Source: Chlamydiia bacterium
GTDB lineage: Bacteria; Chlamydiota; Chlamydiia; Chlamydiales; Parachlamydiaceae
DNA: 23,795 nt
Direction: 5' to 3'
Assembly: GCA_038257035.1 (NCBI GenBank)
Contig: JBBSJT010000024.1
Coordinates: forward strand, 1 to 23,795
The position numbers were made by a program, and so were the translations under genes. Each line of letters starts with the position of its first letter. Positions within the stretch are counted from its first letter, which is position 1. Below the pieces are notes generated by a model. The model did no database searches. It saw only the letters and a list, made by a program, of their open reading frames with translations, and was not told the DNA's origin. Below, one piece after another: positions 1 through 8,615 of this stretch.

Positions 1-138
1 GGATATTCAGGATCGCTCCGCTTCGCTTCGCTGGCCAAGATCAGGCAGGATAATATCAATCTCTAGTATATCCTTAAGGTTGATATTATCCTGCCTGATC
101 TTGGCCAGCGAAGCGAAGCGGAGCGATCCTGAATATCC
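1..138. repeat. Long palindrome (CAGGAT-module family), truncated by the window edge
   Basis: 1-59 is the exact reverse complement of 80-138, with a 20-nt loop. Homologous to the hairpin at 8369-8543. Confidence 0.95.
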
Positions 139-198
139 TGAAAAAAAATCATAAACTTTATAAAGAAAAAACTACCCCCTCTTTTCCTCTCTTGCTTT

Positions 199-223
199 TC
201 TCTGTGCCCTCTATGTTTAAAAA
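199..223 (-). repeat. Orphan half-element of the modular palindrome type (CACAGAG-like units)
   Basis: Minus strand reads TTTTTAAACATAGAGGGCACAGAGA, the same T-run + AAC + 8-9 nt ...AGAG unit layout as the arm at 17875-17900. No partner arm inside the window. Confidence 0.45.
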
Positions 224-244
224 GAAGTTCAACTTTCAAGGCCT

Positions 245-892
245 CTAAAGGTCGAAGTTGAAGATGTCAAACCAGATGGCGGCAAGCAAAAATGAGCCAA
301 AAGCAATCGGTCCATAAGGTGCATAATGTCCCACGTACAAAGTATAAGCAGAGATTGCTAATAAAATGAGCGGTGGTAACAATTTTTTGAGGCCAAGGCG
401 TCTGTTTGTTAAAAAAATTGAGATAATTGCAAAAGAAATTCCAAGAAGCCAACCATAAGATCCAGCTAAACTAAAAGCTGAACCGGATCCGCCAATGATC
501 GGGTCCGTATAAAGAAGTTGCACAATATTTTTTGTACTTTCAACATCAATATTTGGATGATGATTTGGTAAATCGAGAATATAGCCAACAGCAATTCCTG
601 CAGTTGAATCAAAAACAAGGTAGCAAACTGCAAATAACCAAATAAAAAATTTGCTTACAATGCCAAAAAAATTGTTTTGACGAAAAGTTAAAAGCATTGC
701 CGCAAGGGCCACTGCTCCGAATAAAAAGGATTGCAAAATATGAAGTTCCTTCCACCAACTGGACATATGATGCAGTCCTTCGTAAACATTTTTTGAAAAT
801 CCTGATGGATGATTCCACTCCAAGAGGACAAGTAAAAAAGGAACAACCATCATAACAAATCTTCTAAACCAGATAAATAAAACTTTTTCCAT
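245..892 (-). CDS. Hypothetical multi-pass membrane protein
   Basis: 215-aa ORF with about 6 hydrophobic segments. No family recognised. Confidence 0.75.
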   Translation of the reverse strand: MEKVLFIWFRRFVMMVVPFLLVLLEWNHPSGFSKNVYEGLHHMSSWWKELHILQSFLFGAVALAAMLLTFRQNNFFGIVSKFFIWLFAVCYLVFDSTAGIAVGYILDLPNHHPNIDVESTKNIVQLLYTDPIIGGSGSAFSLAGSYGWLLGISFAIISIFLTNRRLGLKKLLPPLILLAISAYTLYVGHYAPYGPIAFGSFLLAAIWFDIFNFDL

Positions 893-1035
893 GATTAAAC
901 CACCATTTTAATAAAGTTAACAAATACCAAATATAAAGATTAATCTAAAATGTTTTATTAAGATCTTGATTAAATAGGTGAGTTTGTGCAAAATAGGAGT
1001 GTAAAATGTGTAATACTTAAAAAAAAAGGAATATC

Positions 1036-1362
1036 ATGAAATCAATATACGCTCTATTAACGCTTGCTTGTTTATTTACTTTTGCTTCAACAACAAATTT
1101 AGAAGCAAGACACCATACTCACTTTGTTACTCGAACTTACTTTGCTCCTGCGCCACAATATGCTGTGCAATATTACCCTCAGCCGGTTTATGTTCAGCAA
1201 CCAGTTTACGTGCAACAACCGGTTTACGTGCAACAGCCCGTTCAAACTGTTGTTTACAGCCAACCTGTTTGCCGCCAAGTAGTTGTGCGTGAGCGATGCA
1301 ATCCTGCAGCCGGTTTGATCACTTCATTTGCCTTAGGCTTAGGACTTGGTTTACTTCGATAA
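1036..1362 (+). CDS. Small exported protein with QQPVYV repeats and a hydrophobic Gly-rich C-terminus
   Basis: AAGGA RBS, signal peptide MKSIYALLTLACLFTFASTTNLEA, and 18-bp tandem repeats at about 1180-1242. Confidence 0.8.
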   Translation: MKSIYALLTLACLFTFASTTNLEARHHTHFVTRTYFAPAPQYAVQYYPQPVYVQQPVYVQQPVYVQQPVQTVVYSQPVCRQVVVRERCNPAAGLITSFALGLGLGLLR

Positions 1363-1377
1363 GTCATAAAAAATTTA

Positions 1378-1419
1378 ATCAAAATCGGGTTAATATTATA
1401 ATATAGGCCTGATTTTGAT
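1378..1419 (+). terminator. Stem-loop downstream of 1036..1362, possible terminator
   Basis: ATCAAAATCGGGTT ... GGCCTGATTTTGAT inverted repeat 16 nt after the stop codon. Confidence 0.45.
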
Positions 1420-1466
1420 CGATCGAACCCCTGGGCTTTGACGAAGTTTTCCGGATTTACAGTGTT

Positions 1467-1630
1467 CTAGTACATCATGTCGTTTAAATTGATGGGTAAT
1501 AGCTTTAAATTTTGCCTCTAGTTTAAGAATTAAATTTCAATCCATGCATTGTTGTAGGTCTGAATTTAATTTTTAAAATAGAGGTGAAAGGAAAGTAGTA
1601 CCTATCAGTTTAGATGACATGGTGTACTAG
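1467..1630. mobile_element. Palindromic MITE-like element with CTAG at both ends
   Basis: CTAGTACATCATGTCGTTTAAATTGATGGGTAATA pairs with TAGTACCTATCAGTTTAGATGACATGGTGTACTAG. A second inner stem spans about 1510-1588. CTAG at 1467-1470 and 1627-1630 may be a target duplication. Confidence 0.75.
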
Positions 1631-1631
1631 C

Positions 1632-1960
1632 ATGCCAACAATAGGAAGCAACCTAATGAAACGTTTGAACACTTAAGCAGATAATGTCTTAACCCACATT
1701 CCGCAGAATTTAAAAAAATTGATATTTCACAAATCAGATCTTCAAACAAAGATTACCTTCTAAATAATCCAGTATTATATAGAAGAATTATTCGATTAGA
1801 AGAGTTCTGATCTAAATGAAATTAAAGATGGACCGGTTAAAAAAAACTTTTTCAATCATAGATTCTTATGAATTTGATGCAAAGCTTATTTCAACAAAAT
1901 GTAGATCAAAACTCTTGTTATCTATACGAGTTGCCATCATAGAAGAGGCCCTACAGTTAC
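1632..1960 (+). pseudogene. Decayed copy of the 5' part of the fibre-protein gene (3318..5147)
   Basis: Collinear DNA similarity to about 3295-3750, including the RBS (ATGCCAACAA.AGGAAGCAAC), TTCCGCAGAATTTAAAAA.ATTGATATTTCA and GATTCTTATGAATTTGATGCA. Contains deletions and frameshifts. ORF 1816..2046 retains IIDSYEFDA. Confidence 0.85.
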
Positions 1961-2067
1961 AATTGCAAAAGGTTTTAACCTCTTTTCCGGAGGGTAATGG
2001 GAAACCCGACAGCACAGGGGGATGCATTTCTGCTTGCAGGAGTTAATTTTTTGTACCGTAGCCTTTA

Positions 2068-2229
2068 GGCCAATGTCATTAACTTAAAGAAATTTTTATG
2101 ACACTGCGAACGCCAATCTCAATTGCTTTGCTCCTCGTTAATATAGCGACAGATATTAACTCGTCGCAAATCAATTGATCTTAGCATTCTCGTTGTCCTA
2201 TAATTTTTCTTAAGTTAACGACATTGGCC
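2068..2229. mobile_element. 162-bp palindromic MITE-like element with TTTA direct repeats
   Basis: TIR GGCCAATGTC(A/G)TTAACTTAA matches at 19/20, and imperfect symmetry continues to the centre. TTTA at 2064-2067 and 2230-2233. Confidence 0.8.
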
Positions 2230-2329
2230 TTTAGGCTGGCTAACATCCTTTAAAAATGCTATTTCTGCTAAGCATCGCTAATAGTTCGACGCATAATCCA
2301 GAAATTAATACATCTCTATGTGTAACTAA

Positions 2330-2785
2330 TTATTTCTTTACTATTTCTAATATTTCTTCCGCCTTTTTAGATTTATTATTTAATTCATTAAAGTCTCCGC
2401 GCAAAATTTTAAGAGCATATTTTTCCCAATCGATTTCCTTTCTAGTTCTAACATTTAAAGCTCTAAAAATAGGAAGAGGGGGACACCATCCTTGAACTGC
2501 ATGTTGAAAAAGAAAAATAAGGACAATAGAAGGGAGAAATAGCCAATAAGTATTAACAAATGCTCCCAGTAATACTCCTATGAATGCCAAAATTGAAGCA
2601 TTTGTTTCTAGCCATCGCTCAATACTCCATTCATTTTCAATAGTTCTTATCCTATTACTAATTTCCTGATTACTTCTTTCTGAATAATTTTGAATGCTTT
2701 TTAGGATTTTTTGATCAATAGCTGCATTTGAAGAAGTAGAAGTATGAGAGCGAACTCTATCATCATTTTCTAGGTTCATAAACAT
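2330..2785 (-). CDS. DUF2892 / YgaP-like membrane protein
   Basis: EWSIERWLETNAS, two TM segments, QHAVQGWCPPLPIFRALNVRT and EKYALKILRGDF match my recollection of this family. Confidence 0.75.
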   Translation of the reverse strand: MFMNLENDDRVRSHTSTSSNAAIDQKILKSIQNYSERSNQEISNRIRTIENEWSIERWLETNASILAFIGVLLGAFVNTYWLFLPSIVLIFLFQHAVQGWCPPLPIFRALNVRTRKEIDWEKYALKILRGDFNELNNKSKKAEEILEIVKK

Positions 2786-2834
2786 CCTTATGTTTAATTT
2801 ATAAAATCAAAAATAATTTTTAATGATCTTTTGG

Positions 2835-2960
2835 GTTTTGCATCTCAATGCGTTAACCCTTTTTAAGCACTTATGGTATTCCTCTACAACCCATTGTCTT
2901 CTCTTTTCCATCTCTAACTACCATTCGTCGTAAAGATCGTTGACTCAGTCTTTTACAAAA
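2835..2960 (-). pseudogene. Possible IS4-family (IS50/Tn5-like) transposase remnant
   Basis: Minus strand reads ...KRRQWVVEEYHKCLK, then after a frameshift G*RIE. This resembles the Y-x2-R-W-x-I-E-E-Y-H-K-x-L-K-x-G-C-x-I-E motif. Confidence 0.45.
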
Positions 2961-3317
2961 ATCTATTGACTATCAAGGTTCTGGCCTACCTATATTCTTT
3001 GTAGTCTAAAAACAATAAAAAGCAAAGCCTTAAATGAAACGAATGCCAGTGAAAAACCAAACTTAACCCTTTGAAATAATCAGACAGATGACAAAAGAAA
3101 ATGATTCCGAAGAATGTAAGTATCATCTCTTAAACATACCTTTTTTAAGCGTACAAAACATAATTCAATAAACGGGAGTTACGTTTTGAGTATTTTCATT
3201 TTATTTTCTTGTTAACCCTAACGCTCTCCCCTTTTTAATGTCAAAAAATTTATTGAAAATATTTATTTGACAAGGTATGACTATGCTCCAAGTAATGCCA
3301 ACAAGAGGAAGCAACTA

Positions 3318-5147
3318 ATGAAAAATTTTGAACGATTAAGACTCACATTATCTCTAATTATCTGTGGATTGTGTTTAAATCCACTTTCCGCAGAATTTAA
3401 AAACATTGATATTTCAGAAATCAGATCATTCAACAAAGATGAACTTCTAAATATTCCACTTCTAGATAGAAGAATAATTCGATTAGATGAGTCAGACAAA
3501 CAGTTAACTGATCTAAATGAAGTTAAAGATGAACCCATTAAAACACTTATCAACAATGGATTATTATCTTTGGTTTGGGAAGATCAGGAAAAAACATTTA
3601 TAATCATCGATTCTTATGAATTTGATGCAGAATTGCTTTCAAATAATGATTTCGATGAAACCTTAAAATTAAACTTTGAATTTCTTGGAGCAACTGATTA
3701 CGCATGTCATAATAGAATAGAAAAAAAAGGAGCCACCGGTCCGACAGGTGCTACGGGAACTACCGGAGGAATCGGTCCTACAGGTAATACCGGCCCCGGT
3801 ACTACCGGTCCTACAGGTACCACCGGTCCTACAGGTAGCACCGGACCTACAGGCACTACCGGACCTACAGGCACTACCGGTCCTACAGGAAACACCGGTC
3901 CAACAGGTGTGGGATTGACCGGCGCTACAGGTACAACGGGTCCAACAGGTACACAAGGTTTATTAGGACCTACTGGTCCAACAGGAACCGTTTCAGAAAA
4001 TGCCTGGCTTTTGACAGGTAATGCAGGAACTACTCCTCCAACTAATTTTGTTGGTACAACAGATAACCAACCACTTGTCATAGGTGTCAACAGCATACCT
4101 TCGGTACGTTTTACAGAAACAAGTCAAATTGAACCTCTTAATAGTTTAGCCTCTGTTTATGTGGGAAATGGGGCTGGAGCTTTAAATGTAGGAACCAATA
4201 ATACATTTATTGGCTTTGAAGCGGGTGACGTTAATACAGCCGGCTCTAGCAATACTGCCTTAGGTCATTTTGCACTTACTGAAAATACAACAGGCAACAG
4301 TAACACCGCAATTGGAGCCTCTTCCCTTCGCAATAATAATATCGGATTCAACAATAATGCTTTGGGCATAAATTCCCTTTTAAATAATATCAGCGGCAAT
4401 AATAACACTGCCATAGGAAATGGCACCCTTGGCAATGTTACAACAGAAACTAGCAACGTAGGTCTTGGAACAGGAGCTAATGTTTTTGCAGGTGCTAATA
4501 ATGCTACAGCTCTTGGCCAATCAACAATTGCCGCAAGTTCAGCTGTTGCTGTAGGATCCAGTGCTTCAGCTTCAGGACAAAGAGCAATAGCTATAGGGAG
4601 TTCGGCAGGAACAAGTACTGCAGGAAACAACGACACGATTTCCATAGGTAGTGTTGGGTTACCTGTCGCTGGGGTAATTAACATTGGAACACTTGGTACT
4701 AACATCGATTGTTACATTCAGGGAATTTATAATTCAACTGCGTTAGCACCCACCCTAGTCGTTAATATACAGGCAGACGGTAAGCTCACGACATTTACTT
4801 CCTCAAAAAGATTTAAAAATACAGTTAACACCCTATCAACAGATATTTCAAAAAAAATCTATGATATGCGTGTTGTTGAATTCTTTTATAATGGCGATTC
4901 TTCCAATAGAACTAATTATGGAATGATTGCAGAAGAAATGGAGCAAGTATTACCGGAAGTTGTTGTTTATGAGCCAGAATCTAATATTCCTTATAGTATT
5001 AGTTATCCATTAATTCAGCCGTTGATGATCGCTGAATTACAACAGCATGAAATGCAATTACAAAAGCAAAATGCAATCATTGCAAATCAGCAAAAGATTA
5101 TTGATTTGTTGATCGAAAGATTGGAAGCTTTAGAAAAGGCCATGTAA
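3318..5147 (+). CDS. Secreted trimeric fibre/adhesin-like protein: signal peptide, collagen-like GxT repeat, YadA-head-like beta-roll repeats, peptidase S74-like intramolecular chaperone and coiled coil
   Basis: GAGGA RBS before ATG 3318 (preferred over TTG 3267). Signal [25 protein letters not shown], (GPT/GTT)n, repeated NTA(L/I)G, C-terminal SSKRFK...YGMIAEEM...[13 protein letters not shown] and a heptad tail. Confidence 0.85.
   Translation: MKNFERLRLTLSLIICGLCLNPLSAEFKNIDISEIRSFNKDELLNIPLLDRRIIRLDESDKQLTDLNEVKDEPIKTLINNGLLSLVWEDQEKTFIIIDSYEFDAELLSNNDFDETLKLNFEFLGATDYACHNRIEKKGATGPTGATGTTGGIGPTGNTGPGTTGPTGTTGPTGSTGPTGTTGPTGTTGPTGNTGPTGVGLTGATGTTGPTGTQGLLGPTGPTGTVSENAWLLTGNAGTTPPTNFVGTTDNQPLVIGVNSIPSVRFTETSQIEPLNSLASVYVGNGAGALNVGTNNTFIGFEAGDVNTAGSSNTALGHFALTENTTGNSNTAIGASSLRNNNIGFNNNALGINSLLNNISGNNNTAIGNGTLGNVTTETSNVGLGTGANVFAGANNATALGQSTIAASSAVAVGSSASASGQRAIAIGSSAGTSTAGNNDTISIGSVGLPVAGVINIGTLGTNIDCYIQGIYNSTALAPTLVVNIQADGKLTTFTSSKRFKNTVNTLSTDISKKIYDMRVVEFFYNGDSSNRTNYGMIAEEMEQVLPEVVVYEPESNIPYSISYPLIQPLMIAELQQHEMQLQKQNAIIANQQKIIDLLIERLEALEKAM
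3729..3989 (+). repeat. Collagen-like Gly-X-Thr coding repeat
   Basis: About 27 G-X-Y triplets, mostly GPT/GTT, with two interruptions (GP, GV). 9/18-bp DNA periodicity (ACCGGTCCTACAGG). Confidence 0.95.
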
Positions 5148-5156
5148 TTCCACACC

Positions 5157-5188
5157 GTGCGGGGTACCCCCGCACTTCTTCTTTTTTC
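5157..5188 (+). terminator. Rho-independent terminator
   Basis: GTGCGGGG-TAC-CCCCGCAC followed by a T-rich tail, 10 nt after the stop codon. Confidence 0.75.
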
Positions 5189-5224
5189 TGCCACTAAAAA
5201 AGTCTATGCTTACGTTAGCGTAGT

Positions 5225-6181
5225 CTAAAAGTCGTTGCCGTCCATGTTTTTTAATTGAGGTCTTAACTCATCCATTTTAGGCCCTATAAAAGTATAAAGC
5301 TTTTCATCAAAATAAAGCGAAAGATCAGGAAAACTTTTCTTAAGCCATATTCTAAATTTATAAGTCTTATTAAACATTTCCTGGGCTTGTACCTCAATGT
5401 CTTTATAACTTTCTTTTTGAAGAAATTGACCGACATCTATATGGATGGGCATTCCATCAAGAACTCCGGTGTTTTGCATTAAGGCATGATCATTATCACC
5501 AAGACCTCTGTTATATTCTGATACTAGGGTGTCAAAAAGAGTATCAAGTAATTTTTTTGTCTGATCCAGTTGACTCATTTTCATTTGTTTCTCGATCGTA
5601 TCTGTCAACATAAAGGCACGTTTTTGAATCAAAAATTCATAATCATCAATCGCTATATAATGTTCCATTCCCATTTTATCGGTAATTAAAACTTGTCTTT
5701 GTAAAGTATTTGTTTTATTTAAATGCACATATACAAGGCCGGTTTCAGATTTTAACTCATCATGGGCAATTTTCCAACTCTTGAAAATATTTTCTAATTT
5801 TATTCTTTTTTTCTCAATTTTCATCAGGCGATAATCATTCATGGCGGGAATAAATGAAAATAAATTAAGCCATTCTTGAGGTGTAAATCGCTGATATTTA
5901 AAAAATTTTAACACATATTTACCATCTTCGCTTGCAAAAACGTAAGATTGGCAACCTTTTCCAAGATATTCAAATTTTTGTGATAAAATAGAATCGATCT
6001 GATTTTTTTCTTCCGGTGTGATACTTTTTGTCTCAAATCTTGGATCAAATTTTAAATTAGAGGCAATATTTGAAGTTGTAAAGCCATCGGTCACATAATA
6101 ATAGACTCGACCAACACCATAAATACCACTTATGGCTAAACAAAACCAAATAGATAGTTTAAAAAAAGTATTTTTTGACAT
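5225..6181 (-). CDS. Membrane-anchored hypothetical protein with protein-kinase-like motifs
   Basis: N-terminal hydrophobic helix, then LGKGCQSYVF, YVLKFF, DNDHALMQN and IHIDVG in kinase order. Start is ATG 6181 or GTG 6190. Confidence 0.7.
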   Translation of the reverse strand: MSKNTFFKLSIWFCLAISGIYGVGRVYYYVTDGFTTSNIASNLKFDPRFETKSITPEEKNQIDSILSQKFEYLGKGCQSYVFASEDGKYVLKFFKYQRFTPQEWLNLFSFIPAMNDYRLMKIEKKRIKLENIFKSWKIAHDELKSETGLVYVHLNKTNTLQRQVLITDKMGMEHYIAIDDYEFLIQKRAFMLTDTIEKQMKMSQLDQTKKLLDTLFDTLVSEYNRGLGDNDHALMQNTGVLDGMPIHIDVGQFLQKESYKDIEVQAQEMFNKTYKFRIWLKKSFPDLSLYFDEKLYTFIGPKMDELRPQLKNMDGNDF

Positions 6182-6256
6182 ATAACTCACTTATTTTTTT
6201 TAAAAAAGTGCATCATACTGATTTCAAACTTTTTATTCCAACGTAATCGGTTTTTA

Positions 6257-6265
6257 TGCTATAGT
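6257..6265 (+). promoter_or_regulatory. Candidate extended -10 element for fabI
   Basis: TGCTATAGT about 33 nt upstream of the ATG. Pattern match only, in AT-rich DNA. Confidence 0.3.
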
Positions 6266-6297
6266 GGATTACTTAATCAATTGATAACGGAGGTTTT

Positions 6298-7200
6298 ATG
6301 CTAGCAATTAATCTTAAAGGAAAGAAAGCCTTTATTGCGGGAGTTGGCGACGATAAGGGATATGGCTTTGCTATTGCAAAAGCTTTAGCTGAAGCCGGAG
6401 CTGAAATCATCATCGGTACATGGACACCTATTGCAAAAATATTTTTAACGAGTCTTGAAAACGGAAAATTTGATGAATCGCTAAAATTATCTGATGGTTC
6501 TATCATGAAAATTTCCAAAGTTTATCCTCTGGATGCCACATTTGATACAATGGAAGATGTTCCGCAAGAAATCCGCGAAAATAAACGCTACAAAGATGTT
6601 ACAGAATATACAATTACCGAAGTGGCAGCAGCAATTGGTAGAGATTTTGGAAAGATAGATATTTTCGTTCATTCCCTTGCAAATGCTCCTGAAGTTCAGA
6701 AACCACTTCTTGAAACAACAAGAAAAGGGTACCTTGCAGCTTTAAGCTCTTCCTCTTATTCATTCGTTAGTTTATTGGCACATTTAGGCCCATTCATGAA
6801 TACAGGTGGCGCTGCCCTTTCATTAACGTATCTTGCCGGTGAAAGAATTATTCCGGGTTATGGTGGTGGAATGAGTTCAGCAAAAGCTGCACTTGAAAGC
6901 GACACACGCGTATTAAGTTATGAAGCCGGCCGTAAATGGAACATCAGAGTCAATTGCATTTCAGCCGGACCCTTGGGAAGCCGTGCTGCAAAAGCCATTG
7001 GTTTCATCGACAAGATGATAGACTATTCATTTATAAATGCTCCTATTTCAAAAGATTTAAAAGCCGAAGAAATTGGTGCTGCTGCTACATTTTTATTATC
7101 TCCTTTAAGTTCTGCTATTACAGGTGCAATTATTCATGTCGATAACGGTTTGAACAGCATGGGTGTAAGTCTTGACAGCCCCATATTTATGGAAAATTAA
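6298..7200 (+). CDS. fabI: Enoyl-ACP reductase (chlamydial/plant-type)
   Basis: [45 protein letters not shown] and [25 protein letters not shown]. Confidence 0.97.
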   Translation: MLAINLKGKKAFIAGVGDDKGYGFAIAKALAEAGAEIIIGTWTPIAKIFLTSLENGKFDESLKLSDGSIMKISKVYPLDATFDTMEDVPQEIRENKRYKDVTEYTITEVAAAIGRDFGKIDIFVHSLANAPEVQKPLLETTRKGYLAALSSSSYSFVSLLAHLGPFMNTGGAALSLTYLAGERIIPGYGGGMSSAKAALESDTRVLSYEAGRKWNIRVNCISAGPLGSRAAKAIGFIDKMIDYSFINAPISKDLKAEEIGAAATFLLSPLSSAITGAIIHVDNGLNSMGVSLDSPIFMEN

Positions 7201-7230
7201 GAAAAAAAATAAAACAAGGAATGTTAATCA

Positions 7231-8190
7231 ATGATTACTAGTTTAAACGGCTATAGGGACGAACTTTTTAATAAGTCCCATAATGATGCCGCACTTGATG
7301 TGCAGCTAACAAATTGGCTTGGGCATAAGGTCGTCACATTGATTACCATTCCTGTAAACCTTACGTTATTTACAGCTTCTTTATCTCTTTGCACAATTTC
7401 ATGCTTAACCATAGGCACTGCAAGATTTGCCACTCATTTTTTCACCCTTGGAAATTTTCAATTTCCCCTATCGACCGGATTCAGCACACTCATGACAAGT
7501 GCATTCGACGGATTTGTTGGCCTTGGGGTTAGTGCAGGTCAACTTACTTACGATAGCTTTAATTTAGTTTTTCAAAGTTATCGCCTTGCACGATTTGTTA
7601 TTAAAGAACTGCATCTTGATGGGATTATTTCTGTAATCGTTAAAAAAGTTGCGGAGGTTGTTCAATTTTGTTTTAGAAAAATGATAGAATTACTTAATGC
7701 TGGATTTACGCGTATCTGTGAAGGATTTACAAAAGCTTCAGAATCTGAAATTTCAGTGGAAAACTTCGATCAGAATCTACCCTCCGCTCTTAAAAAACTT
7801 AACGAATGCGTCAATGAACATCGAATTAGCTACAATGAACGAGGGTTTAACACAATTTTAAAACATTATGCCTGGTCAGTTCCTGCAATTATTTGTAATA
7901 CACCTGTCTTTATAATATCAGGATGCGCATGTGTCATTTTGGGAACACTCTTTATTGCCAAGGCCACTGTTTATACCTTAACCAATATTAATATTGCCAT
8001 TCCAACCTATACCGGCAAGGCTTTTGCTATATCTAGGGATGCAGGATTAAACGCAGGAGTAGTTCTTGCTGTGGATATTGCCGATGTCTTTGTCTTAAGC
8101 TATAAGGCAATTGATTTCCTTGGGGTGACAAAAGCTGCTGCCACAGTCTTTCAATGCTTAGCATACGCCAAAGAAGCCTTCTTCCACTAA
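7231..8190 (+). CDS. Hypothetical hydrophobic protein with an internal duplication (Inc-like candidate)
   Basis: 319-aa ORF with AAGGA RBS and no signal peptide. Two homologous hydrophobic halves. Confidence 0.7.
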   Translation: MITSLNGYRDELFNKSHNDAALDVQLTNWLGHKVVTLITIPVNLTLFTASLSLCTISCLTIGTARFATHFFTLGNFQFPLSTGFSTLMTSAFDGFVGLGVSAGQLTYDSFNLVFQSYRLARFVIKELHLDGIISVIVKKVAEVVQFCFRKMIELLNAGFTRICEGFTKASESEISVENFDQNLPSALKKLNECVNEHRISYNERGFNTILKHYAWSVPAIICNTPVFIISGCACVILGTLFIAKATVYTLTNINIAIPTYTGKAFAISRDAGLNAGVVLAVDIADVFVLSYKAIDFLGVTKAAATVFQCLAYAKEAFFH

Positions 8191-8315
8191 AAAACATTTG
8201 TAAACCCAAAAATATTAAAAATACGATTGAACTGAAAAGAAATATATATAAAATTTTCAATTTCAAAAAAGCTATATCATATATTGGATTTTTTTTCTCG
8301 AAGTAGAACAGTATA

Positions 8316-8604
8316 CACTGGTGTTACTTCAAACTGAAAAATTTAGATCTCTACAATTTATCACGTCATCGATTTTTAACAGGATATGCAGGATCGCTCC
8401 GCTTCGCTTCGCGGCAGGATCGCTAAAAGCGGCAGGATATTATCAACTTCTAGGATATATTAGAGGTTGATAATATCTTGCCGCTTTAGCGATCCTGCCG
8501 CGAAGCGAAGCGGAGCGATCCTGCATATCCTGTTAAAAATCGAAGATGTTATAATAAGTAGTTTTGAGAACATTGCAAATTTTCACTTCCAAGTAGCATC
8601 AGTA
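8316..8604. mobile_element. TA-flanked MITE-like shell (~30-bp TIRs) carrying a CAGGAT-family hairpin
   Basis: TA|CACTGGTGTTACTTCAAACTGAAAAATTT ... AAATTTTCACTTCCAAGTAGCATCAGTA|TA. Same TIR type as 17843-18113. Confidence 0.7.
8369..8543. repeat. Long palindrome (CAGGAT-module family)
   Basis: About 78-bp near-perfect arms, TCGATTTTTAACAGGATATGCAGGATCGCTCCGCTTCGCTTCGC... and its reverse complement. The loop is homologous, in inverted orientation, to the loop of 1-138. Confidence 0.95.
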
Positions 8605-8615
8605 TATACTCTTAT

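Noticed and set aside
1816..2046. 76-aa ORF as an independent gene
   Set aside because: A frameshifted fragment of the decayed fibre paralog.
2853..3219. TTAACCCT three times (2853, 3063, 3212)
   Set aside because: A short AT-rich word with irregular spacing, and one copy lies in the putative transposase remnant.
3669..4705. Minus-strand ORFs 3669..3956, 3707..4096 and 4265..4705
   Set aside because: Antisense shadows of the repetitive fibre gene.
3267..5147. Prophage inferred from the tail-fibre-like gene
   Set aside because: No capsid, terminase, integrase or other tail genes, and the protein has a signal peptide and its own terminator.
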